In this document: piece after piece, positions 33,156 to 42,396 of the stretch
Position numbering within the stretch: the stretch's first letter is position 1
How the letters are laid out: every line of letters begins with the position of its first letter
Assembly (NCBI GenBank): GCA_963677595.1
Contig: OY782041.1
Coordinates: 2,144,001 to 2,208,000, forward strand
Origin: Spirochaetia bacterium
Lineage (GTDB): Bacteria; Spirochaetota; Spirochaetia; CAKZLE01
Length of the DNA stretch: 64,000 bases
Reading direction: 5' to 3'
Translations under genes and position numbers: made by a program
Notes under the pieces: model-generated
What the model saw: the letters and a program-made list of their open reading frames with translations, nothing else
Database searches by the model: none
What the model was told of the DNA's origin: nothing

Positions 33156-35294
33156 ATGTTCGACAAGCTCAAGCAGCGTTTTTTGCAGAGAAGAATGAGA
33201 CAGTATGCTGGAGACCCCCACCGTGTCCTGCCGGCAGGTATAGTCCCCCCGGAGTCAGGGTTCTCTGAAGCTCCTGGGGAACGTGCCGCACGTATCATCA
33301 GTGACATGACGTTAGACGAGAAGATAGACTGCCTCTCCGGGACTGACACCTTCGCGGTGAAGGGACTGCCCCGGCTGGGTCTCCCCTCCATCTACATGGC
33401 CGATGCGACCTCAGGGGTATGCGGCCTTGGTGAGGCAACAGGGTTCCCTGCTGCCGTGGCGCTTGCCGCGACATGGGACCGGGGGCTTTTACACCAGGTC
33501 GGTGAGGCGATCGGCGAGGAGTGCCGCGCCAAGGGGGCGGGCATCCTGCTCGGGCCCGGGGTGAACATCGCGAGGGTCCCTACCTGTGGGAGGAACTTCG
33601 AGTATTTGGGGGAGGATCCCTACCTTGCCGGTGAGCTGGCTGCCGCTTATATTACGGGAGCTCAAGGCAGGGGGGTGATCACCACGGTGAAGCACTTCGC
33701 CTGCAACAACAGTGAGTATGACCGCCATAAGAGCAACTCTGTCGTGGATGAGCGGACTCTCCATGAGATCTATCTTCCGGCATTCAGGAAGGCTGTCCAG
33801 AAGGGGGAGAGCTTAGGCATCATGTCCTCCTATAACCAGTTGAACGGTACCTATGCCAGTGAGAACAGCTACCTGCTGCAGGAGGTCCTCCGGGAGCAGT
33901 GGGGCTTCGACGGGTTCGTGGTCTCGGACTGGAATTCCCTCTACAGCACTATAGACCCGGTCAAGCATGGCCTTGACCTTGAGATGCCCGGTCCGAGATG
34001 GCTGAGCCGTAAGAATATATCGAAGGCACTGGACGATCAGGAGATCACTGAAAAAGAGATCGACCAGATGCTCACCCACCTGCTCACTACGTTCATCAGG
34101 GCGGGGATCCTTGACCGGCCGATGGTCGACCCTGCAGCGGAGCTGAAGTCGAAGAGGCACCGGATCATCGCCGCGAAGGCGGCAGATGAGGCGGTCGTCC
34201 TCCTGAAGAACAACCGGGACCTCCTGCCGCTCAAGGATATCCACCGGATAGCCGTGGTGGGGAATAATGGCCTGGTCACTGCTACCGGGGGCGGCGGGTC
34301 GAGTTACATGCTGCCGGAGGAGGGTATGAACAGTATCTATGATGCCCTCAGGCTCATGAACCCGGAAGCGGAGGTCGAGTATATCGAAGCAAGGCGCGGC
34401 CTGGTGGACAGGAGGGATCTCCCCTCTGTCATGAAGGCCGATGCCGTGGTCATCGCGACGGGTTTCAATCACGTCACCGAGAGTGAGGCATATGACCGGA
34501 GCTGGAAGCTCCCTGACCGGCAGGATCGTCTGATCGAGCAGATGACTGCCGTGAACAGGAACTGCATCGTCATCCTCCACGGCGGCGGCGCCGTGGACTG
34601 TGCACCCTGGATTGGGCAGGCGACCGCAGTACTCCATGCCATGTACCTCGGGCAGGAGGCGGGGAATGCCGTGGCGCGGGTCATCTATGGCTGGACCAAC
34701 CCCTCCGGGCACCTGCCGTTCTCGATGGCCGAGAAGTATGAGGATTATGAATCGGTGATGCACTATGTTGAGACACCGGAGAAGATGGAACTGCGGCGGG
34801 TGTTCATCGGGCAGGGCAACCCGAACAGGCGGAGCATCAGTGATATGATCTATGCAGAGGGCCTGAAGGTAGGATACCGGGGACTCGAGGCAGACGGCAG
34901 GAAGCCGCTCTTCCCCTTCGGTCATGGCTTGTCCTATACGAAGTTCTCTCTCATGAAGATGGCGATACAGAAGCCCGAAGGGAGCCAGTTCCCTCTCGAG
35001 GTCTCCCTGACGGTGAAGAACACCGGCAAGGTAGCCGGTGCGGCAGTAGTGCAGCTCTATGTCCATGATGCGGCTTCCCGTGTCTTCAGACCCCCGAAGG
35101 AGCTGAAGAACTTCCTGCGGGTCGAGCTCAAGGCCGGGAGACAGCAGAGGATCTCCTTGGAACTGGCAGAAGAGGCCTTCAGCTTCTATGATGCTGCACA
35201 GCACCAATGGGTCCTGGAACCCGGCACATTCACCATCCTTGCAGGACTGAGTTCTTCTGATATAAGATTACAGAATGATATTGACATTGGTTAG
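33156..35294 (+). CDS. GH3 beta-glucosidase
   Basis: GRNFEYLGEDP, KHFACN, VVSDW nucleophile, PLFPFGHGLSYT, C-terminal Fn3-like domain. Confidence 0.93.
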   Translation: MFDKLKQRFLQRRMRQYAGDPHRVLPAGIVPPESGFSEAPGERAARIISDMTLDEKIDCLSGTDTFAVKGLPRLGLPSIYMADATSGVCGLGEATGFPAAVALAATWDRGLLHQVGEAIGEECRAKGAGILLGPGVNIARVPTCGRNFEYLGEDPYLAGELAAAYITGAQGRGVITTVKHFACNNSEYDRHKSNSVVDERTLHEIYLPAFRKAVQKGESLGIMSSYNQLNGTYASENSYLLQEVLREQWGFDGFVVSDWNSLYSTIDPVKHGLDLEMPGPRWLSRKNISKALDDQEITEKEIDQMLTHLLTTFIRAGILDRPMVDPAAELKSKRHRIIAAKAADEAVVLLKNNRDLLPLKDIHRIAVVGNNGLVTATGGGGSSYMLPEEGMNSIYDALRLMNPEAEVEYIEARRGLVDRRDLPSVMKADAVVIATGFNHVTESEAYDRSWKLPDRQDRLIEQMTAVNRNCIVILHGGGAVDCAPWIGQATAVLHAMYLGQEAGNAVARVIYGWTNPSGHLPFSMAEKYEDYESVMHYVETPEKMELRRVFIGQGNPNRRSISDMIYAEGLKVGYRGLEADGRKPLFPFGHGLSYTKFSLMKMAIQKPEGSQFPLEVSLTVKNTGKVAGAAVVQLYVHDAASRVFRPPKELKNFLRVELKAGRQQRISLELAEEAFSFYDAAQHQWVLEPGTFTILAGLSSSDIRLQNDIDIG

Positions 35295-35308
35295 CTACTT
35301 GGTATAGT
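35281..35308 (+). promoter_or_regulatory. tRNA promoter
   Basis: TTGACA-16-TATAGT with TG extended -10. Confidence 0.7.
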
Positions 35309-35321
35309 ATTCATTCCGCAA

Positions 35322-35405
35322 GCCCGAATGGCGGAATTGGTAGACGCGCTAGTTTCAGGGACTAGTGACCTCGCGGTCGTGGAAGTTCGAGTCTTCTTTC
35401 GGGCA
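35322..35405 (+). tRNA. tRNA-Leu (anticodon CAG), CCA not encoded
   Basis: GCCCGAA/TTCGGGC acceptor, GGCGGAATTGGTAGACGC D arm, CTAGT-TTCAGGG-ACTAG anticodon arm, long variable arm, GTTCGAGT T loop. Confidence 0.96.
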
Positions 35406-35436
35406 TCTTTATAAGACGAAATTGATACAAATTATG

Positions 35437-35466
35437 AAAGCCGGTCCTTTGTGATTGGCTTTTTTT
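35437..35466 (+). terminator. Terminator after tRNA
   Basis: AAAGCCGGTC...GATTGGCTTT then T-run. Confidence 0.65.
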
Positions 35467-35532
35467 AACACCAATTGTATCTTTTGGAAGAAACGTTGGC
35501 TTGATTTCCCAATGACACCCAATTAATAATAA

Positions 35533-35609
35533 AGGTTATTACCCGAATCCCATTTAAAATGGAAGTCACCAGACCTGTTATAAACAGAACGGGAATCGAG
35601 TAATAACCT
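35533..35609. repeat. Long imperfect inverted repeat with two internal hairpins
   Basis: AGGTTATTACCCGAATCCC / GGGAATCGAGTAATAACCT (17/19), enclosing CCATTT-a-AAATGG and CTGTT-ata-AACAG. Confidence 0.7.
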
Positions 35610-35686
35610 CTATTAAATACTTAGTATTGTTCGCAAAGTATCTCCTAAATCATTCCACTTGTCAATCCAAACAATTCTAACACCTA

Positions 35687-36837
35687 TAGTAAACGACATA
35701 AGTAATTGTGCTTGAATAGCCGAGCAGAGACATGGTATACTATTCTCAGGAGAATTATATGCCAAGTCGTACATACCATACCGATCCTGCACAACTGTTA
35801 GCTGAAGGGCAGATGATCGTTAATTCTACAAATGATGCAAAGTTCCAGCACAAAGTAGAAATTGTCAATCTTGTGTTAGGGGGACTGACCCCCTCGTTTC
35901 TCAGCAAGTACTGCGGAGAAAGCAAGAATACCATCACGCTTTGGGTCAAGACTGCTGATGAACAGGGCTTTGATGCGCTCAAAGTCAAGAAACAGTCCGG
36001 TAGGCCCATGAAGCTCTCTCCGGAACAAATAGCCACTATCAAGACTGTACTCGAAGAGGATGACCCGAAGAAATACGGGTATCAGGTCTGGGATGGCCCG
36101 GGTCTTTCTGCCTACATTAAAACCACCTATTCGGTGCACTTAAGCGTAAGACAATGTCAGCGAATGTTTCACAACCTCGGGTTCTCGCTCGTTCGTCCTC
36201 AGACGTTTCCCGGGAAGGATGAAGAGAACACAGAACAGCGGGAAGACTTTAAAAAAAACTGAAAAATCTTGAGGAAGAGGGCGCAACCATTGTATTTCAG
36301 GATGAGGTGCACTTTCAGATCACGACCTCTGTCACACGCAAATGGGTAGTGAAAGGATCAAGGCCGACGGTAAAGTCTGCTCCCGGTAGAAAGAGTGTGG
36401 CGTATAGCGGCTTTGTGATTCCTTCAACAGGGGAGCTCATCCTCAACAAACCAGAATGGTTCAACTTTGAAACCGTAATCAACTCTTTCCGTGAGTTCAT
36501 CAAAGACTATCCATCTGAAAAGAGGATGCATATGATTCTTGACAATGCCCCCTGGCATAAGAAGGCAGTACGCCTGGTCCAAACTGAAACGCTTCCTGAA
36601 TATCAGGACATCAGGGACAGGCTCACCTTCTTGTTTCTTCCGCCATATTCACCGGACTTGAATCCAATCGAACAATGTTGGAGGATCACAAGACGAGAAA
36701 TGACCCACAATACCTACTACCAGAACATTGATTCCCTCACTGATGCACTTGACGGGTACTTTTCTCAATACAGAGATCCAAACGAAAAGTTTGCTTCTTT
36801 ATGTTCATTCAAGTACTAATATTTATGTCGTTTACTA
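35687..36837 (+). mobile_element. IS630-family insertion sequence
   Basis: Terminal IRs TAGTAAACGACATAA / TTATGTCGTTTACTA flanked by TA duplications. Confidence 0.92.
35759..36819 (+). CDS. IS630 transposase, two ORFs joined by -1 frameshift
   Basis: OrfA HTH ends FKKN* at TTT-A8-C (36248-36259); OrfB in -1 frame with QDE, LDNAPWH, LPPYSPDLNPIE. Confidence 0.88.
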
Positions 36838-37319
36838 TAAATGGTATACAAGTGATTCAAGAATCTCTTTCTCATAAATAGAATCAGGTGCACGTTCTAT
36901 CCAAAAATGCTGAGTTGATGGTTTGTTCTTTGAAAGAGATACTTCACTAATATCATCAGCTCTTGCTTTTTGAACCCAAGATAACCATTTTCTAATATTA
37001 CTATCACACAGAGATCATGAATTTTAATTAAATTTGTACTAGAAATAGCACAATTCTTTCCCAGTTAACAACATAGAGCTTTACAATCCTATGACCACAA
37101 ATAACAGTTGGAACAGAGCAACTACCGAAGCGAAAAGAACATACCGACTTAGCGAGACAGAAATATCAAGTATATGAAATCATGACATCGAAGAAAACCT
37201 CCTTCACAGCACCGTAAATGCAGGGTAGTATGAAACTACGCCGTAGAAACGGTTGGTTAAAGTATTAAGTATATGCTATAATGTATTCTATAAACATATA
37301 CTTAATACAGGAGGCTGGT

Positions 37320-37982
37320 ATGATCCCGCAGGAATTGAAACATGAGGTCATGCAGACATTTCGCAGACGGAAGACGATGACCATCGAACAGTTGAGATCC
37401 TTGCTGCAGTGTTCGGTTCCGGCAGTCCGGAAGTACCTGAAGCAGTGGGGTGCCGTGACAAGTTACAATAACAACGGGCGCTATTATGTCCTGCCGGATG
37501 TCCCGACGTTCGATGAACACGGACTCTGGGAGTATAAGGGGATACGGTTTTCCCGGTTTGGCACGTTGAAAGAGACGGTCGTTCACCTGGTCAATGATGC
37601 TCCGCAAGGGTTGAGCTCTGCAGAGCTTGGGACGCTGCTTGGCTTGGAGCCGCGATCGTTCATGAGTCATTATAAAGCGCTTCCCGAGCTGAAAAGAAAG
37701 AAACTTGACGGCCGGTATGTGTATCTGAGTGATGATGAGCAGATCGGTGCAAGGCAGCAGGAGAATCGGGAAGCATCAGCAGCGCAGGCATCATTGCAGA
37801 AGATCTCTGATCATGATGCGGTCCTGGTGTTCGCAGACTTCATCAAGCATCCGGAGACCGCATTAGAGAACCGGGTGAACCGTCTGCAGCGGCAGGGCAT
37901 CTCGGTTGATACCGGGAAGATCACGGCCTTACTGCAGTTCCATGGGCTGTTGGAAAAAAAAACGGATCAGCTGGATTCCTAA
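37320..37982 (+). CDS. IS-B OrfA, winged-helix-like protein
   Basis: GGAGG RBS, HTH-like segments, ends just after an A9 run (37954-37962). Confidence 0.7.
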   Translation: MIPQELKHEVMQTFRRRKTMTIEQLRSLLQCSVPAVRKYLKQWGAVTSYNNNGRYYVLPDVPTFDEHGLWEYKGIRFSRFGTLKETVVHLVNDAPQGLSSAELGTLLGLEPRSFMSHYKALPELKRKKLDGRYVYLSDDEQIGARQQENREASAAQASLQKISDHDAVLVFADFIKHPETALENRVNRLQRQGISVDTGKITALLQFHGLLEKKTDQLDS

Positions 37983-38808
37983 AGGCGTTTATCTATCACC
38001 GGAAGCGTGTTCAGCATGCGCTTGAGAATCGACAGGTGTTCAGAGAACCTCCGGTGGTAGTCTTCCGGCAGGATGATGCTGCCTGTCCCTGCTGTCAGCA
38101 TACGATGCAGGTGCAGAAGACACGAAAGCGAACCGTCGTCCTGTATGCTATCGGACCGATCTCGGCTTGTGAGACGATCCTGATTTGTCCGAACTGCGGA
38201 CATACCAGTGGATCAGCGGAACTGGGCACCCTTGTCCCGCCACGGCACCGCTTTGCCTATGATGTGATCACCTATATCGGTGAAGCCGTCTTTCGGGCAT
38301 GCCGGAGTCAGGCAGAGATACAGGAGCATCTGGAAGCACGAGGGATCCGCATCAGTACCAGTGAGATCGCGCTGCTCACAAAGAAATACATCGGGTATCT
38401 TGCTGTAGCACACCGGGAGAGCAGTGAGGTGCTGCGACTGCATCTGGAAGATCAAGGAGGATACATCCTTCATCTTGACGGGACGTGTGATGGGGAGAGC
38501 CCCCATCTGTTCGTAGGGCTTGATGAGATCTCATCAATCGTCCTGAACTCGGTAAAGATCCCCTCCGAAAAGCGTGATGCTATCATCCCCTTCCTGAATG
38601 GGTTGAAGCGAGCCTATGGAGAACCGGCAGCCCTGGTACATGACATGGGAGCAGGCATACTCAGTGCGGTGGCACAGGTTTTTCCCGATGTCCCTGATTA
38701 TATCTGTCATTTTCACTTCCTCCGGGACATCGGAAAAGACCTGTTGTCGAGTGAGCATGACCGGCTGCGGCGTAGATTCCGCTGTCATGGCATTCAGACA
38801 AAGCTGAG

Positions 38809-40879
38809 CACCGATTTTCATGGAATTAACTAACCCCTAACCCTCTCCATCTGAATCCGACCATAAAGAGCCATAGAACCCTCCTGCCAGTAGTTCATCT
38901 ACACTATCCCTAGTTTCCTACTCACGGCATCTAGGGTTATTACCTACAACTATAGAAATCTTTCTAATCATTAAAACCTATCAGGACTTCCTAAAACCTA
39001 TGAATAATAGCCATATATGCGCATTTCTCGCTTGACTTTACCCACAACTAATGATTTAATAACAAGTATAGAATAGCTTTCATGGTAATATCTTACCCTA
39101 TACGGAGGAGCATGGACCCACGCCAATTCTTTTTAGAGCCAACGACAACCAAACAGCGCCAGTATGAGGCGCTCCGCCGGTACTTCCACGACGGCTTCAC
39201 CGCAGATCAGGTCGCTCAACGGTTCGGCTATACCAAAGCCTCTGTCTACTCCCTCATCCGGGACTTCAAGCAGCAGCTCGCATCAGGGGAGAACCCGTTC
39301 TTCACCGATGTCAAACAGGGGCGAAAGCCCATGGACCATACCGGGGAGTTGACGGAACTGATCGTATCGCTCCGAAAGAAATATCTCTCAGTTCCTGACA
39401 TCACAGCCGCTGTCGCTGCGAAGGGCCATACGGTATCAGAGAAGTACGTCTACAATGTGATCAACCAGGAAGGGTTTGACCGGCTTCCCCGCCGTACCAA
39501 CGAGATCAAGCAGCATGCAACTTCAACGATACCAATCGCTGCACCGAAGACCTTGAAACTGGACTTTGATCCTGAGACCTTCATCTCACAGAATGCTCTC
39601 GGGGTTCTTACCCTGTTGCCGTATGCGCAACGGTATGGGATCCTTGACCTGATCGGGTCATCAGCGTATCCAGAAACGAAGAGCATGAATCGAGTGAACT
39701 CGATCCTGAGCTTTGTTGCACTCAAGCTCTCGCATGCACGGCGCTACACTGCAGATGATGCCTGGTGCATGGACCGGGGCCTCGGACTATTCGCTGGACT
39801 GAACGTGCTGCCGAAATCCGCGTGGTTCAGTTCCTATTCCCATCGGGTGACCCGAGAGATGAACACGAGCTTGCTGAAACACCTGTACAAGCTTCTTGAT
39901 ACACATGGATTACTCTCTGATACGGTGAACCTTGACTTCACGACGATTCCCTACTGGGGAGATGATTCACACCTGGAGAACAACTGGTCGGGGAAACGGG
40001 GAAGAGGATTGGCATCGATGCTGGCCCTCATCTGCCAGGATCCCGGCTCCGGGATGCTCACGTATGGGGATACGACGATCAGGCATGACCGGGAAGGAAA
40101 TGCCTCAGTGGAGTTTCTAGACTTCTCCCGAAAGCATGGGAGCGGGGATCTGCGATACCTGGTGTTCGACTCCCGGTTCACGACGTATGAGAACCTTGCA
40201 CGGCTTGATGAGGATGTGAACTTCCTGACCATCCGACGAAGAGGGAAGAACATCGTCGATGCATTGGCTAAGGTTTCGCCATCAAGCTGGAAGAAGGTCC
40301 GTGTCACCCGTTCGAACGGGAAGGGACAGACGCTGAGAATCTATGACTCGACCGTATTCCTGAAAGCCTATGGGAAGGAGATCAGGCAGATAGCGATCGA
40401 AGGACATGGGAAGATCAAGCCTGCGATCCTGATCACGAATGACTTCGATCGACCAACCAAGGAGCTGGTGCAGATCTATGCACGCAGGTGGCTTGTTGAG
40501 AAGTCTATCAGTGAACAGATAGAGTTCTTCCATCTCAACCGGGTATCATCCTCCATGGTAATCAAGGTTGACTTCGATCTTACCATGACGATTCTTGCTC
40601 ATAACCTGCTGAGGCTGCTGGCGATGGACCTGCCTGGATTCACCCACTGTACTGCGATGAGCCTGTATGAGAAATTCCTTGATACTGGAGGTTCGGTATC
40701 GATCAAGGAGGACCAGATCGTGGTGGATCTGAAGAAGAAGCGGAATCTGCCTGCTTTGCTGACTGCACTGCAGCCGTACCAGGAAACAGCTGTCTCAGCT
40801 CTGAACAATCTGCCGATCGTCTTTCAGGGAAATACAAGATCCTGAATTAGGGGTGCTATCTGTACCATGAAAATCGGTG
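38809..40879 (+). mobile_element. IS-C insertion sequence (IS4-superfamily-like)
   Basis: 15 bp IRs CACCGATTTTCATGG; 5 bp TSD CTGAG at 38804-38808 and 40880-40884. Confidence 0.9.
39082..40845 (+). CDS. IS-C DDE transposase (start 39082 or 39112)
   Basis: N-terminal HTH, NLDFTT, VFDSRF, YARRWLVE (YxxRxxxE). Confidence 0.82.
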   Translation: MVISYPIRRSMDPRQFFLEPTTTKQRQYEALRRYFHDGFTADQVAQRFGYTKASVYSLIRDFKQQLASGENPFFTDVKQGRKPMDHTGELTELIVSLRKKYLSVPDITAAVAAKGHTVSEKYVYNVINQEGFDRLPRRTNEIKQHATSTIPIAAPKTLKLDFDPETFISQNALGVLTLLPYAQRYGILDLIGSSAYPETKSMNRVNSILSFVALKLSHARRYTADDAWCMDRGLGLFAGLNVLPKSAWFSSYSHRVTREMNTSLLKHLYKLLDTHGLLSDTVNLDFTTIPYWGDDSHLENNWSGKRGRGLASMLALICQDPGSGMLTYGDTTIRHDREGNASVEFLDFSRKHGSGDLRYLVFDSRFTTYENLARLDEDVNFLTIRRRGKNIVDALAKVSPSSWKKVRVTRSNGKGQTLRIYDSTVFLKAYGKEIRQIAIEGHGKIKPAILITNDFDRPTKELVQIYARRWLVEKSISEQIEFFHLNRVSSSMVIKVDFDLTMTILAHNLLRLLAMDLPGFTHCTAMSLYEKFLDTGGSVSIKEDQIVVDLKKKRNLPALLTALQPYQETAVSALNNLPIVFQGNTRS

Positions 40880-42396
40880 CTGAGAGCGATCTTGAGAAAG
40901 ATTCGTACCACGCAGGCAGGAGCTTTGGTGGACATGGAAGCCTTCAGTACAGATGTGAGATCGGTACCGAAAGGAGGCAGTCCCTACTCCGAGGAAACAT
41001 ACCTGTACACCCTCATCGAATGGGCACTCGCCGGTAAGAACGTAGGAGATGGGTACGGGTTCCCCTTTGACCAGGCCTACCTATCCTTCCTGAATCGGCT
41101 GTATGAGCTGAGAAGGACCCTGCGCCTGATGAAGCTGGATACACGGTCCTCATTTGCTGGAGACGTGCTGGCGGTATTGAGACCGGTATGGTACGATGGG
41201 GAGATTAGTACTGCGTATGAATCCCTACAGAAGAAGGTAGTGGTCTTTGACCGACTCCGATGTGCTATGAGGATTGCGGAACCCGGCGGCAAGTTGGGAT
41301 TGAATGATCCCGGAAGTGGGGAGATCGATACCATCAAAGAGCAGGTGGAACAGTTTCTGGTGCAACTGTGCAAGGATGACAGTCTGCAGGGGAACAGGTT
41401 GTTGAAGATGAGGCTGCAGTTAGAGAAGTATTGGGAGAAGCTCTTCACGGCTCCGATACCCATCACTCGACAGGGAGAGACTTATATGATCTACCCCCAG
41501 CGTACGAATAATTCCTGTGAACAATTTTTTAGAGGCTTAAAGCATGGGTATTGCCGAACAAGCGGGCATGCCGGCATGACGAAAACACTGTCCGCAATGC
41601 TCTCAGCAACACCATTGGTTCGGAATCTTGGCAGTCAGGATTACCTGAACCTGATATGTGGTGGAGCGTCCAGTTTGGAAGAGCGGTTCGCACAGATTGA
41701 TGTAGCAAAGATCAGGAAGATGCTGGCGGTTGAATCTGAATCGGTTCAGACCGTGCATCCCAAGATCAAGAAATTGGTGAAGGACCCTGGGTTGCCAAAA
41801 CGGCTCCTCAAGCTCTTTCGAAAGTCTGCTTGACCTGAATCCAACTGTTATTTGTGGTCATAGTTACAATCCTCCTTTTAAATAGTACAATTAGCTATTA
41901 ACAGGAGGGACGCACATGGCCAGACCGCCCAGGAACGATGACAAGATCTATCTTAACCTCCATATCAATCAAGGATACCGATACGCTCGTGCTCAGGTTC
42001 CGTACAAAACTGAATCAGGGGTGAAGCGGTACAAATCTGTCCATTTCGGGACAGTCACCGATGAGCTTGTATTCAATCCGAATCATAAGTTTCTCTATGC
42101 ATCTGAACAGGTACGGAAGGCCCTCGTGTTTCCTCCTGAGTGGAATGTGACAGCTGCCTTCAAGGAGATTCACCCGCCGCCGGGGAGACCGGAATCCTCA
42201 GATGAGGATACGAACCGCCTGTATGGCCATATCTGGCTTCTCGAGAAGATTGCAGAAGCTACCGGAATCCGCAAGGACCTCCTGCAGGTCTTCCATGGCA
42301 ATAAGGCCCTGGTGAACGATATCCTTACCCTTGCCATGTTCCCCTATGTTACCGGGTACACCTATAACCGCATGAATTTTGATTTATTTTGTACTA

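Larger units (their letters stand above)
35613..37015 (-). pseudogene. 3' remnant of a SIR2-like (SIR2_2) gene, split by IS630 and truncated by IS-A
   Basis: Removing IS630 and one TA restores an open frame SLCDSNIRKWLSWVQ...QHFWIE...ESLVYH|LGVRIVWIDKWNDLGDTLRTILSI*. Confidence 0.6.
38036..41833 (+). pseudogene. IS-B transposase interrupted by IS-C
   Basis: CPCC..CPNC zinc finger, LHLDGT, HDMG, CHFH, RTNNSCEQFFR; removing IS-C restores in-frame GIQTKL|RAILRK. Confidence 0.82.
37089..41863 (+). mobile_element. IS-B, Mutator-like (IS256-superfamily type) element
   Basis: Perfect 24 bp IRs CTATGACCACAAATAACAGTTGGA; 8 bp TSD TTACAATC at 37081-37088 and 41864-41871. Confidence 0.88.

Noticed and set aside
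35533-35609. Integron attC site
   Set aside because: Arms read GGTTATT...AATAACC, the reverse of the RYYYAAC...GTTRRRY arrangement; single copy and no IntI
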